Assembly: GCA_012295275.1 (NCBI GenBank)
Contig: CM022672.1
Coordinates: 20,522,001 to 20,586,000, forward strand
Reading direction: 5' to 3'
Length of the DNA: 64,000 nucleotides
Source: Chrysomallon squamiferum
Lineage: Eukaryota; Animalia; Mollusca
In this document: piece by piece, positions 1 through 14,989 of the stretch
Position numbering within the stretch: position 1 is the first letter of the stretch
How the letters are laid out: each line of letters opens with the position of its first letter
Position numbers and translations under genes: made by a program
The notes under the pieces: model-generated
What the model was told of the DNA's origin: nothing
Databases searched by the model: none
What the model saw: only the letters and a program-made list of their open reading frames with translations

Positions 1-153
1 GGATTCAAAACCATCGTCCATTACATGTTACTCTTATTCATCAGTGAAAACAAATATCAGATTTATAATTTTGTAGCATATTCTTTTTCCTTTAAACCGA
101 ATCCAAATTATAATCTGTATTTATCTGGGACTAAAACAGTTGTGTAATCGTGA

Positions 154-215
154 TCTCTCTCTCTCTCTCTCTCTCTCCCCATCTCTCCCCATCTCTCTCT
201 CTCTCTCTCTCTCTC

Positions 216-305
<90 letters not shown>
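154..305. repeat. (CT)n microsatellite
   Basis: Direct reading. Similar (CT)/(GA) tracts at about 9846-9931, 13418-13462, 28747-28848, 50533-50600 and 51955-52041. Confidence 0.95.
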
Positions 306-308
<3 letters not shown>

Positions 309-1723
309 ATTGTAATAGGTCTAACATGTAAAATAATGTTATGATAGATTTATAATTGTTGACTGAAAGGCAGGGACTTGCACAAATAAAGATAAACCTA
401 AAACAGTCTTATAAAACCTTCAAATAAACAATTCATGTTGCCTCTACAGATTTGTACAATATTTTCCGTTTTAGCTTCATTTGTACTGGTTATGTTTAAA
501 TGTCACATATGACGTCTGCAACAGGAAGAAAACTTAAAGATCGTAATCTTATTTCAATAGCTTGCTAGGATACTTTATTAAAGCTGTATTACCGAAATCA
601 CATTTGGTAGACTGTAAAAGGCATTTTATGTGAAATACAGCACATACCATACATACATATATAGGTTTATATATGTGTTAAAATTTACTTGGATGATGAA
701 TAAAACAAAATATCGGGTGAAGTATTATCTATACAGTGGAATGATGCTATTACTGTAAACTGCACAAATCTGTATTATGTACATCAATAATGCTACTACT
801 ATTACTAAGAAGATGAAGAAGAAAAAGAAGAATACGTTGAATTTATGTTGTTTATAATTTAAGGTTTGCCAAAATCTGAAATAAAACATGAAGAAACTTT
901 AGTTTTTAATCATACAGAAATAGTTGTTTGAAACGTTAAAAAATCTTTAGTTACCAAAATAAATTTTTCATCAAGGTCTAATTTGTGTAATTAGAAATAA
1001 TCTCAGGAATTTGTAGTGAAACGATTTTATAAAATTATCAACGACAAAGTTATGTGTTATCAATTTATTAAAAACAGCGGAAAGCAGCAGAAGTTCAACA
1101 AATAAAACTAACAAATAAACAATATAAAATAATAATTCAGATCAATTAAGCAACAATAACATATAAAATAACAATCTTGTTTCATAAGCAGTCTTCCTAA
1201 CAATGTCTGTAATGAACACATTCCAAGGACAGAATTTAATACACTAACTGACTATGACATATGAAAAATATAGTTGTCAATACAAATTTAAAAATGCAGA
1301 TAAATGCCTTTATTTACATGTACAATAAATATTTCAGTTTTAATTATAACAGAATTATAATGATAAAAGTATTCATGCTAAAATTCAAAAAATTTCATCA
1401 TCACCCATTTTCTACCAAAATGATAAAATAATAAAATGATAATTTTAACTCTACAGAAATACTGACTTAGTAAATTGTACCAAGAGTTCAAAATATCCCT
1501 TTAAAACGTGGGTACGTTCATTATAAAAGGTTGGGCACCATTAACATTTTTGCCATTTAAATTTAACCATATGTATACAAACCCATGCATACACACCATT
1601 TCCAAACATATCTAAATACTAATATTAAAATTTATTAATAACCAATCAAATATTTAGCAATATTAAAAAAAAAAAAAAAAAAAAAATTAATAAAAGTTAT
1701 AACAGGTTATGAATGGAATGCTT

Positions 1724-2692
1724 TTACTGAGTCTTCACTTTAGGGAGTTTCCACCCCATCTCTCTCATGAATGGTTTAATGGTTTTTAGAGAAATTGGAG
1801 GTAAGTAATTTTTAATATGTTTTCTTTTCCACCACTTCCCAGCTTTAGCTTGCTTGCTGCCAATCTTTGTGAACTTGTAGGAATAATGCTCCACCCTTAT
1901 GTAGCTGAAATTAAAACAAAATGCAAAAATAAAAAATAATGCACACACACACACACACCAACACTAACACACAGATACACCCACACAAACACAAACACAA
2001 ACACACACACACACACTAATGTACTTGTACATAAACATACATACATACATACATACATATACATAAATATATAAACATCACAGACACCCAAATATCTATA
2101 CACATATATATATTTTTATTTTAAATGTTATGTGTTTTAACTGACTCATCCATATGTACATACACAAATGCACTAACATATTCACATTTATAAATAAATG
2201 TAGACATATATCCATACGTATATAAATACATGCATAAACATAAATACATACATACATACATACATACATACATACATACAAAGTTGATTATAATAATTTA
2301 TTACTGGTGACTGCTCACCACTAACAATAAAATATAAAAATAATTTTTAATAAAAGTCTTAACAATACTTGAAGACAGAAATTTTATCTTTTTGTTTACA
2401 TTCTTAAAGTTTACCACCGTTCCATTAAGTTTTAGCACCTACAAATAAGATTCAACAAATGTGTATTAAATATATTTAGGTAAAAAAGTAACTAAACAAA
2501 GCTAGGTGAGTTTATTACACATTTTATATTTAAAATTCATTCTATGTTACAAAGTGACAACTTACGTGGGAGGTGTTTTATTCACAAACGGGTTGTGAGC
2601 TATCAGAGAGGTTGTTCCTTCATCATTAGCCAGGAGTTTGACAGCAACATGAACCAGCCATGGGTTATACTGGTAATTCTGCATCACAAATA

Positions 2693-2736
<44 letters not shown>

Positions 2737-2740
2737 TAAG

Positions 2741-2783
<43 letters not shown>

Positions 2784-2944
2784 AAATAAAAAATCTAAAA
2801 ATCTCCAAATATACAAATAGAAAAATCACAAAATATAAAAACAAAAATAAAACCAAAACTTCCCCCAAAACACCCAACATACAAACAAATAGCAAACCAA
2901 AGGAAACCAAATTTTTAAAAAAAAAAAAAAAAAAATAAAATATA

Positions 2945-2976
<32 letters not shown>

Positions 2977-5433
2977 AAAAATTAAATGCTTGAGAAAACT
3001 TTTAAACTTTCTATTAAGCAATTAATCAATCACTAAAATGATAAAACTGCAATAACAACAATAATTATTTGAAGATGGTAATAATGATGATATGATGATG
3101 ATGATGATAAAATCAGTCAATCAAAAATGCATATAGTTACATGTACAATAAGTTGATATTCTTACACAAAAGAAATGCTAGATAACAAAGCAAAACAATT
3201 TGTCTCAGCCAGAATGTGTAATAACAAGAACAGCAACAAGAAGAACAACAACAACATAAAAATGACAAAATTAATAACATAAAAAAACAAATTTATAATG
3301 CTGCTGGTACCTGAAATGCTGCAAACCACAGCAACCAGTCAAGTCTGTAATGATATGGGGAGATGAGACAGGGTCTTCGACTGATGTTGCCTGGTTTACA
3401 TTTGAATTCATATTCCAGCCACTCCGTTTTCGGATCGGAGGGGTCCTGGCTAGAGGTGCCCTGAAATATTACTTCAGTTCGCTTTTTAGTGACACTGAAA
3501 TGAAGGTGCATGGATATTAACTTTGAATGTGTCTCCATTTTTGTTTATTATTATTGTTATTATTATTTTATATATAAATATGAAGTGAACTTGTTACTTA
3601 ACAATCCTAAAGTAAAAATTAAATAATGATAATAATATTAATAATAATAATCAGACTAAAAGAATGAACCATTTGATCATTAAAAATAAACAACTATTTA
3701 ATGTTGTTTTCAAAAAATAACATATTATCCACTGATAACAATTTATCTCCAACTTATTATTATTATAGAAAGCAAATGTTATTCAAAAAACCTTACAATT
3801 GTTTCATGAATATTAACTGAACAAACATTACACTAACTCATTATATATTCGTACACCATTTTCATTTTATACAAACATTTCAATTTCATATCAGCAGAGT
3901 ATGATAATAGCCTGATTGTTATGTGTATGTGTGCATGTGTGTGTGTGTGTGTATGTCTATGCACATTTTTCAAAGCAGATTATATGATCTTTCATATTTC
4001 TTTGATGCAGACATACCAGTAAACTACAACATTCATTAAATATTACATACACTCCATTTATATGTATACAACAAATGTACTAACGAACAAGTTTTATACA
4101 CAATCAAACATGTTATATAAAATATAAAGAAAAATCCTTTCATGGTTTTAAAACAATTTAAATAAAAACATGTATGTCCAACAAACCTTCCAAATGCTCC
4201 ATATGTATTGACCAGTCTGAAGCTGTCAAATGATGTGTTCATGGCTTGACGTGATGAGAATAAATTCTGAACAACTGGAATACTGAGATATGCAAGAGAT
4301 AAGCCTAATGCAATATTGAATACTTTTCTTATGTAACATCCTGCAACAATAAAAACAGAAAAATCTCTACAAGCTTTTTGTAGGCCATGGAAAGATGAAA
4401 AAAAAAAAAGAAAAAAAATTTAAAAAGAAAAGAAAATATAAATATTTTATTTTATGTAACAACACACTAAGACATATTAATTTTTTTTTTAAATTAATTT
4501 TTTATTTTTTAATATTTTATATGTTTGACAGTTTATAGTTTTCAGAAAGAAGCTGTTACATTTTTTTAGAAGTTAGAATTATTCATTTGCAGCATTAAAG
4601 CATTTTAATTGACATGAAAGGTTGTTCTAGTTCATCTGAAGTGCAGTCAGAAGACAATGTAAAGGGAAATAATTCAGACACACAACCCATCATTTTAACT
4701 GCTGTAATAATTCAGCTGCAATCATACACCACTAACATAGAAAAATATATCTTTTGGATTAAGAACAACTGTTTATTTAGAAAATAGAATAATTACATTG
4801 TGTCTTTTTCAACTGTATTTTCAAAATTCTCTGTGGTCATTAAATACCATTGTCAATCCTAACAGAGACATATTTATTTAAGATTCTTAGTTTAAAGAAA
4901 CAAAACTAATTTCTAGATGAGGAGACATTTAGAATGAACATTTAGCATAGCACAGAAATTAAATTTTTTCTTGTCATGAGCTAGAGTTGAAAAGCAGATA
5001 TGAATAATTCTTCTATTATAAAAAATAGATTAAAAATAAAAAAAAAAAAAAAAAGAAAGAAAGAAAAAAAAGAAGAAGATATACCAAGTCTAGGCTTCAC
5101 TCTGCTATGTTTATATTCCTGTTGTAATTCCCACACCTGTTTCTTTATATCCCCAGAAAAGAGACACTCATAAACGGAATCATCAAAACAAGCCAGAGAG
5201 GGCAAAATAGTCAGCCAGTTTAAAAAGCTTAGGTTACCACTAACAATAAGAATTCCCTTAAAAATAATGAAAATAATTAACTAAATTTATTTTTTTTTTT
5301 TTTTTTTTAAATATTAACAATAAGTATTAAATTAAATTAAAATAAAAAATTTTAAAATAATAATAGTAATCACTTAAGTATTCCCTACATACAATAAAAA
5401 TAATTCTAATAATGGTTATAATAATTTTATTTA

Positions 5434-5464
<31 letters not shown>

Positions 5465-6427
5465 AAACTAGTACTGTAACACACTTATTATTTTTTTTTA
5501 AATCTTATTCTCACATTGCTGTAATATAGTGATATTTAATTCTAGAAATATATACAGCAGGGGTGCCCATATTTTTTCAGCTTGCAAGCTACTTTTAAAA
5601 TGACCAGGTTAAAATGATTTACCTGTATTAAAAAACACTAAATATATTTGTTTGTATATGTACCAAATACATTTATATATAAAATTTATGTTGGTGCACC
5701 TTGCTTCACTGCATGAACCCTTACGGCACAATACAATTGAATACATTTATTATCACTACCTTACTCTGAGAGCACTGAATGGTGCGTGAATCTACCTGCA
5801 CTACACTGGCGATCAATGTATAGGGCACCCCTGACATACAGCATTATTCCAGTCATTAGAAACCAAAGCACTGTTTTATTACAAGTAATGTATTTCTTAT
5901 TAAAACTGTAATTTTGACACTATAATATTACAATCTCAAAAAATATAAATAATGAAACTGAAAAAATTAATCTGCCCAAAATTCAAGATTTCACAAACCC
6001 TTAATAATATTAACAACAGGAAAAAATTAAATTATTTTTTAAACTTTAAGTGTTGTTGTTTTGCCATTGTTGTTGTTGTTGTTGTTATTATTATTATTAT
6101 TATTATTATTGCTAACATTAAATTATTATTATTTGCTATTATTAATTTTATTTTTATTTTTATGACAGTGTAGTTTGGCATTGGAGTGATATTAGCAAAT
6201 TTACCTGAAACAGGATTTGAATAATTCCTCCAATTATACACATCTTATGACCCATGAACAAGAAAAATGGTGCTATTAATTCAACAAAGTGATTTGTTAG
6301 TGTTTCAAATTTGTGAAAAAATTCTGGTTCCTGGTGCATGTAGTAACTAATTGGATTTGGAACAGGCTGTGTCTGGAAAAAAATAAATTAAAATAAAATA
6401 AAATAATAACAAAGACGATAACAATAA

Positions 6428-6458
<31 letters not shown>

Positions 6459-9084
6459 AAAAATGATGCTAATGTTCACTGGAAATTTGAAAGTAAGTTT
6501 ACAAAACATTATAATAAATTTAAACAAATATTTGGTTATGAATAATTTTCAGTTACTACATTGATTCTTACATACTTTACAGGAATGATACAGTTTAGAA
6601 ATGGAGACAAATGACAGTATTTGAAACTAACAGAGTTCTGTTATTTTTAGATGTGGAAACTTCTACAAATGGTAGAGCTATAAATATAATGTGATTACCT
6701 CATAGTGGTAATTCATGCAAGTCAAATCTAGCCAACATTTATCTCCCCTTATCTTTATCAAGCCCTGAATTAGCAAAAGCAAAAAAAAAAAAAAAAATTA
6801 AAACATTTTAATTTTACAAATTTCATTTTTAAATTCATACACAAAAATTATGCATTAAAAATCTTGGCAAACAAATGAACAAATACTGATTGCATAACAT
6901 ACACATAAATATTCAAAACATAACAACAACATATTTATGATACTATTAACTTTTATTACTAAATCACTAGTAGAAATAATCAAAATGTCAGTCACGTAAA
7001 GTCTGATGTCACTTTCATATGATGCATATTTGAATAGCATTTGGCTGGTTTAGTACAGGAATAGTTTATTACTTTAACAGATATCTGGGGGGTTTCTCTC
7101 AACTGTCACACTATCCAATTTTTCTATGCACTTTTCATTCATTTATTTAATATTTTTATACCTTGTAGATTATTTATAATTGATGTAAAAATATTTAAGC
7201 ATAAATTAATTTGATTAACCAACAGTTTTTGTTAGTTTTGCAAATCAAATTTTTCATCATGTCCATTTCATGTAATTAAAAACAGAGGCCCCAGGGTGAA
7301 ATTTTGTACTGTGACAGAAGTACGATAAATTAGGTAGTATAGTTATAAAACTTTTTATAAAGACATTATCTCTTCATAGTGTTGTAAGAAGTAGCTAATG
7401 TCCAGGTTGATAATCACTTTAATTTAGATGAAGTTAAAACTGAATATTTCTAATTCTCAAAGAGAAAGTTAATGTACTCACAGCACCCAGCATGATTCTG
7501 AAAATGAGCCAGCGATATCCCCAGACGACAACAAGTGATGTTGGTGTGTGTTTTGGAAACACTGACAAGTTCAACACGGGACACAAGAAAATGGCCAAAA
7601 ATCCAGTTTCCAACACCTGTGATTCCCATCCTGAAATCCACAATCAGTGAAACATATAATTTAATAAATAATTATATACATACATATATACAAATATGTG
7701 TTTGCATACACACACACAGGCACACACTCAGATAAAAATGAATGAATATAAAGAGCAAGTGATTTTATTTACTTCATTATGTATAAATTGTTGACTAATC
7801 TAAGAATTATTTGAGATCAAATTTATTTTCATTAATAATAAAATAATTTTTTAATTATCATAAAGACATTATTTTATATATATAAATAACATAAATTTTT
7901 TATAATTTTAATCAAACACATTTCAGCCTCTAACCTAGTCTTTCATACCAATAAAAAGATTTTAAACAATTTAATAAGTAAATTTATACTTACCAAATGA
8001 ATACCTGTTTAAATTACAGATATGGAATAGATCAAATAATAAACAGAAACATTATATATATTAAAAAATTAATATAAAATTAAAGACATTTTAAAAATTT
8101 TTATTTGTTTATAATATTTATAAAGGTAATTTTTTCTCCTTTTTATTACTTGTTTTTTTTTTTTTTTTATTATTATTATTTTTTTTTAATTGTGTTATTT
8201 TTATTGTTTATTTAGTAAATTTATTATTATTATTTTATTATTATTTGTTGTTTCTGTTGTTTGTGTGTGGGTGTTGTTTTCCTTTTTAGAAATGTTTAGA
8301 ATTTTATTACGTATTATTATTGTGCATGCAGAAAAATGAAACAAACTCACCATCTCTGACCAACATTGACAATGGAATGATACAGGATCCAGAGAATAAA
8401 CATAATAAGCCAATTGCCTGCTCCAAATACAATGAGGTACAATGACAACAATAAACCAGCGTATGCAATGTAATCTAGAATTTGATCAAGGTACTGCTCA
8501 TAGTCAAACAGCCAGATGATGGTCGGGGCATAATTAAAAGCCACCCAGTTGAAGCCGTCTGCCTTCTCCTTGACATAATTGAGATGTTTGGCTGCTGGTA
8601 GCAGACCTTTCAAACCAATAAGCTGCTTATTCTGATTAAGGGCAACAAAAAAAGCAACAACTGAAAAAAACAAATTGAAGTGTATTTGAAGCATGCACAA
8701 AGTAACTAACTGTAGGAGTATTTTTATGCAAATTATTGCTTAGGAAGGTTGTAACAGACATTTACTTTTATTCTTATTATATATTTCCTATTACAAAAAA
8801 CTTACATTTACAGTCAAAAGTTTTTTGTTGTTTTTTAAATAAAAGCTCTTATAATATAATAAATGATGCTAAAGAGTCAATGATACTCTTTTAAAAAAGA
8901 AAGTTAATTTTTTTTTTTTTTTTTAAAGATGGACAAAAACATAACAGAATAATTTTATTAATATTATTTTGTGTTTATTATATAATAATATTGTCTTTGC
9001 TATTAGAATAATAATTTTTATAAAATAAATAATAATTTTTATAAAATAAATGGAATTTTATCATGTTATTATTTGTTTAAGTGA

Positions 9085-9138
<54 letters not shown>

Positions 9139-9462
9139 CAATCAATCAATCAATCAATCAAAAATAAATATATTGAATAATAAAATAATTTTATATCAGA
9201 TATTATTCTTACAATAAATAAACCCAAGATAACGGAGTAAAACAATTCGTGTAAGCCAGTATGTGCCAGTATCTAAATTAATCTCGGATTCCGAGTCGGA
9301 CGTTGTTACAACTTCTGGAAAAGTATCAGTTAAGTCCTTTTCGTTGTTTCTCTCTATATTTGAGTTATCATTCTTATTAGTATCAGTCTCATGTCTGCCT
9401 GATTTTCTGCGGCGAAGGCCTTCTGCATCCGCAACATTAACATCTGTGTCGTCTTTAGCCAT
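1724..9462 (-). CDS. LMF1: Lipase maturation factor 1 (ER membrane chaperone), 11 coding exons, about 585 aa
   Basis: Exons (minus strand): 9213-9462, 8351-8660, 7994-8004, 7482-7630, 6699-6764, 6205-6372, 5085-5256, 4187-4340, 3311-3494, 2566-2678, 1724-1904. All introns are GT-AG, phases are consistent and the total is 1758 nt. LMF1 motifs: TYWLTRIVLLR, QNKQLIG.KGLLP, WYSFGWESQVLETGFL, GLIKIRGDKCW.DLTCM.YHYETQPVPNP, SGNLSFLNWLT, LVNTYGAFGSVT..R.EVI, EYEFKCKPG, CLISPYHYRLDW.LWFAAFQ. Confidence 0.96.
5558..5833. mobile_element. Non-autonomous hAT-superfamily DNA transposon (MITE), 276 bp, in LMF1 intron 6
   Basis: Perfect 11-bp TIRs CAGGGGTGCCC (5558-5568) and GGGCACCCCTG (5823-5833). The 8-bp flanks ATATACAG / ACATACAG match at 7 of 8 positions, consistent with a TSD. 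No ORF. Confidence 0.85.
7994..8004 (-). CDS. LMF1: LMF1 11-nt microexon (exon 3)
   Basis: aaacag|GTATTCATTTG|gtaagt. It joins GQR-W (phase 2) to G-WESQ (phase 1), giving the conserved WYSFGWE and restoring the frame. Confidence 0.92.
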
Positions 9463-9848
9463 TAGCTTCAAATTTTAAGTGTCGAATGATGAATATGTTG
9501 ACACTCTGGCCAAAACTTATATACTAAACGGAACATTTGAAATAGAACAGTGCATAATGTAAAGTAGCCAGTTCTTGTAATGAACGATAACTCGTACTAT
9601 TTTCCATCAAAGAATTTCCTCCCTTCATTAAGCAATTACTTAGATAAATATACATCACGTGCCTCATGTGGGCAATTTAACTCATAACGCATTCGCTAAT
9701 TGTTAAAATACCTACATAAATAAATAAATAGATAGGCAAATAAAAATAAACTCTACCATAATCTATTATCGATAATAATAATAATAATTGTATTAATAAT
9801 AATAATAATTCATAATAATAATGTAATAATAATAATAATAATAAATCT

Positions 9849-9934
<86 letters not shown>

Positions 9935-10077
9935 AACCTCCAACCCCAACACCCAGACATATGTACAAAGTGTCAGATTAAAGCAAAAGATGACGTTGAG
10001 GCCAAAATTTATAGCATAAATTGCTGAAATTATAGCATTAATATATATATATATATCTATTATCTATTTATTTTTTT

Positions 10078-10111
<34 letters not shown>

Positions 10112-10314
10112 CTATATAGCTTTTTTTATTTCAACATTACACAATATCATTGGTTTTATATAATAAAAATCAATTTTTTTTTATTTTATTGTACAAGTAT
10201 ATATTATTATTATTATTAAAATGACATTAAGAAATTCAACCTTTTGGTTTCAAATATTATAAAAATAAAAAATGGTATATATAAATAAAATTAAAAATCA
10301 ATTTCTTTCGAGCC

Positions 10315-10361
<47 letters not shown>

Positions 10362-11565
10362 ACACACACACACATGCATGCAACCACACGTCATCACAAA
10401 TAAGTACACAAATTAATAAATAAATAAAAATAAATAAATAACAAAATTACACACACACACAAAAACACACACTACACGTGCACAAACTTGAATACGTTGA
10501 TTAAATAACGATTCCTAAACTAACTGTTAATAAGAATAACAACAGAGTGGAATGATTCTTTACACAGTCTGTAGTGTGCTTTTGCAGATTTATTTCTTCT
10601 TTGAAGAATAACTTTTGTTTGTTTAACAATGCTTGGCAGATTTTAATTACACTCACTGCTGCTACTGTGTCACCACTACAACTAATCCTATATAAGCATC
10701 TCGACTTAAATATCATTATTTAAAAAGAAACAAAGCAAAAGCGCACCAACAGCTAACTAGATGTATGATGTTAACATTGTTTACATACACTCACTAGACA
10801 AATAATATTATATCAATATATACATTAAAACACACACACACATGCACAACACACATTCACTTACTGGGTTTTCTTTTACGAAGGGATTAACTGTAAGGGA
10901 GGAATTATCTTAATGAATTTCAAAAATTTGATAACGATCCAAATTTCAAATATTCGTAGTTTTTATTAATCACACTTTATTTAGGTTAGTTACTGAACTA
11001 AACATCCGTACGTGTCTGTCACTGGATATTCGGCCTCATGGTTATAAATTTAACTGTGAAAGAAATGCATACAATTAATGTGCGCTTAAGGTAAACACAT
11101 AATAGGACCTTTTGATTATTATTTTTTTTATATATAATTTTTTATTATGTGGATTTTTATCTATAAATACAAGTTAAAAGTGGCGTGTCAAGATGGCAAT
11201 AAACCTGACTCTATTACTCACGGTGAGTGTCACAAATCATTCGTTTTGTAACAAGGAAGCGTAACGCGAAACCAAACGTGACCTGCGACTTACCTTTCGT
11301 CACACCTGAAGAAACAGAGCCAAAAATACAGGCCCCGCTAAACAGATATATGTGTGACAGCGGATCTTTGCTGGTGTGAGCTATATATATATTCACAAGA
11401 AAACTTACAGACGTGGGTTTTTTAACTCAAGACGAGAGTAGAACGTTTCTTCCAGTGTAAATATTTGTCGGAACAGAAGTAAGGGTGAAATACCGGAGTG
11501 AACACCGCTTGGGCTGAACGATAATCGTCAACACAGGTGTTTAAAAAGCAGTTTTTTCGTCCATC
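9463..11565. promoter_or_regulatory. Divergent (head-to-head) promoter interval between LMF1 and tetraspanin A
   Basis: The start codons point away from each other about 2.1 kb apart. There is a CpG-richer stretch at about 11170-11560 with a TATA-like run near 11383. Confidence 0.5.
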
Positions 11566-11916
11566 ATGGGGACCTTACGACGCATACTGACTCCTCGCAA
11601 AAGACCAGATCGAAGTGCGGTGAATCTGTTTTACAAGTATCTCCTGTTTTTCGTCAACTTCATATTCTTAGTAAGTGTAACGTTCATTTTACTTTATTAC
11701 AGTTGGTGTACTCTAAATATTTGTTGGTGGAGTTATTGTTATTGTCTGTTTTTCGGTCGTTTTGTTAATCGCCGAGAGCGGGTTAAGTGAAATAGAATGT
11801 TTTCTTCACACCTATGGCAAACTGAAGTTTTTTTTCGGTGTGTGTGTCTGTTTGTAAATGAATGTATTTATATATAATGTTTTTATGTGTTTCTTTCTAT
11901 CTATCTATCTATCTAT

Positions 11917-11959
<43 letters not shown>

Positions 11960-13413
11960 ACATCATCTTATTTGTGTTATTTGACACCTGTAAGAAAATT
12001 TGTTTTTGACATACATATTATACCTTTGTATACATAGACCCATACGTTCCAAATACAGACACACACATAATTATGCATACATGTTATTACATGAAGGAAA
12101 CATTAACACTAACACTGTTCTATCTCAGTGTCAGTGACAGACACGGGTTATATAAACATTCAAATAACCAGATTCCTGGTTGCTATTACTTTAACTAAGC
12201 CTGACTATTGTTTTAACTGGTGAAGCATTTTGACGTTAAACTGGTCTCAGCAACTGCTATCGATCAGGTCAAGTGTAGCATCAGGCTATGAACACAGCCT
12301 GCCACTGTGATGATAAAAGCACACAGCTCATTTTCTCTTCTCACACTTCAGTTACTGGCGCATCTTGGAATAGTTCCCTTTTCTGCATTATCTCACCGTT
12401 TCTCCCTCTGTAGCCGTCTGTTTACCAAACATTATTAGCTACAGAGTGGGCACACTGCCGAAATATTTCGTGAAGCTGTGGTTAAAACAATGTCGATGTA
12501 TAATAATCATTATTCACTCTGCCAGTACAGGATGTTCCGAAAGTTGGTTTGATAATAATATAAATTTATAGCAGGCCTATAGTGCGTTGGCCTAAAACCA
12601 TCAGCGGACACCTACAATCGTCTTTGTTTATTCAAGTACAAAGTCAGTAATTACCGTCATAGTTTTCTAGCTTTCTCTGTTTATTTATTTTATTTTATTT
12701 TATTTTATTTATTTTATTTTTTTATTTTTTAATTTTGCTGTTTAAGTACTGGAGTATAATTACTTGTCTTGAGATAATGCTTATATCGTCCAGAGGCTGA
12801 ACTAATGGAGAAAAATGTGCAGTATTCTCATTAATGTAACTGCCTGACAGCTGTTTATATTTACGATGTTGCCACTCTGACTGGAAAGTTGTTGTTATTT
12901 CTCGCAATGGAGGGAATTACTCAGCAAGTTGATGTTTCAGGGAGCGACCGAAGCGCCGTGAATCTAATCATAAAATATTTTATTTTCTTCATCAATTTTA
13001 TCTTCATCGTAAGTAATATTTCACCTTATATATTTCTTCTTCTCTCTTTTCTTTGTCTTATTTACTTTCTTACTTTTCCTGATAACAAAGCCGTTCTCGT
13101 CTGCCAGGTGACATAAACAATACAATTATTGATTTTTCCACGTGGCGGCCATCATCAATTGTTGTTGTTTTCTGACTGGAAAGCCTCCAGAAAACTGAAC
13201 TTCCGGTCGATAAACAGTATTTTCCTACGTTCTTTATTATTATTATTATTATTATAAAATTTTGTTTTTAATGATTTAGATAACATATATAAAATATTCA
13301 GCTTATATTGTACTTTAACAGACGTACTGAGAGCTTATAATTAGGAGATATCGCTTAGTATATCAATACTTCTAATATATATATATAAATCCTTTTTTAA
13401 CATATATCCCATA

Positions 13414-13508
<95 letters not shown>

Positions 13509-14743
13509 AATACGTTTCAGTTTATTGTATTATCAAGTCACCGAGTATGAAAATAAAATAGTTAAAATGTCTTTCGTGATTTTAACGTAACTATTTTTAT
13601 TAGGCCTCTGTGTTTACTACTATATTTTACTAGTCATGCGTGAACATTTAAAGAACTAAAAGGTGCAGTCAATGCACGTTTCTCGTGTAAACGGATAAAT
13701 AGTCATTACTTTTCATTAAGATGTTACAGGATGAATCACCAGACTAATTTAGTTTCTGGGGCGTTGTATGTTTTCTTGTAAGAAAACTTGCTTATTTTTC
13801 ATTATCATCATTTTAATAATAATTATGTTTTCTTTTTTTTTTTTTTATACGAACGATGGGGATTTGAATATTATAGTTGAAGTTCGAAACAAAATCAAAG
13901 CTTACATAAGTATAGTTTATGCAGACACATTCGTCGTAATTTAAACATGCACACATAAGCTATATATACACACTCATAGACATACATACTGATAATCAGA
14001 CATATATGCATAAGTTAATGTACTTACATATGTCATTGCATGTGTGTGTGTGTGTGTGTTTTATGGATGTGTCTCCAGAATCGGCCTGCATGTGACCTCA
14101 TATATTATTATTATTGTGTGATATTGTTATTATTATCAGTGGTAAAACTTGATCTGACAACAACAAACTGGAAGTGTACAAAGACATATTTGCACTACTC
14201 TTACCGACTGCAGCAGTCCACAGATTTAATAAAGCTCTCTTCAGATAACACGAAGTATTAACGAAATACGATCTCACCAAAATCACATCTGTGAACTTGA
14301 CTCACCTACTTTGAAACAAATTTATAATATTAAAAACAGCAACAACAACAAAGATGATAATAACAATAAAAACAACAACATTACTAACAACAACAACAAT
14401 CATGGTAATAACACAGATCGTATAACAAATATTTAAAAAATACTTTAACCTCTTACAGTATTTGTAACATTAAACATATTTGCCAGTGTTGTGTAGTTTT
14501 TGATAAATTCGCACACGAATACAACGGGTCATTCGCTTTTAAATACGTGACTTAGGAATGGGTTCACTTAAAATGTTGCTTTGGCGACATTTGATCTCAA
14601 ACGTTTGATTGCCATGTTATGGCTACTCCACGTAGGTTTATATTTAACAACACGATAGTGACTTTATTTATCCTGCAGCGTAATCTAATATCAGTACAGA
14701 GCTTAGAAGATCGATTATTTAATATATACATACAGGCATATCT

Positions 14744-14779
<36 letters not shown>

Positions 14780-14934
14780 TCATGACATCACAGTTTTTAA
14801 AGTTAATGTTAATGATGTTACTATTGCTATAATTACTTTTATTATTATTATTATTATTATTTTTATTTATCATCATCATTATTATTATTTTTATTTTTAA
14901 TAGTTTTTGTTACTGTTGTTATTGTTGTTGCTGC

Positions 14935-14989
<55 letters not shown>

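Noticed and set aside
140-344. SL/ER/CV/poly-I/poly-Y ORFs here and throughout the ORF track
   Set aside because: Direct translations of di-, tri- and tetranucleotide microsatellites.
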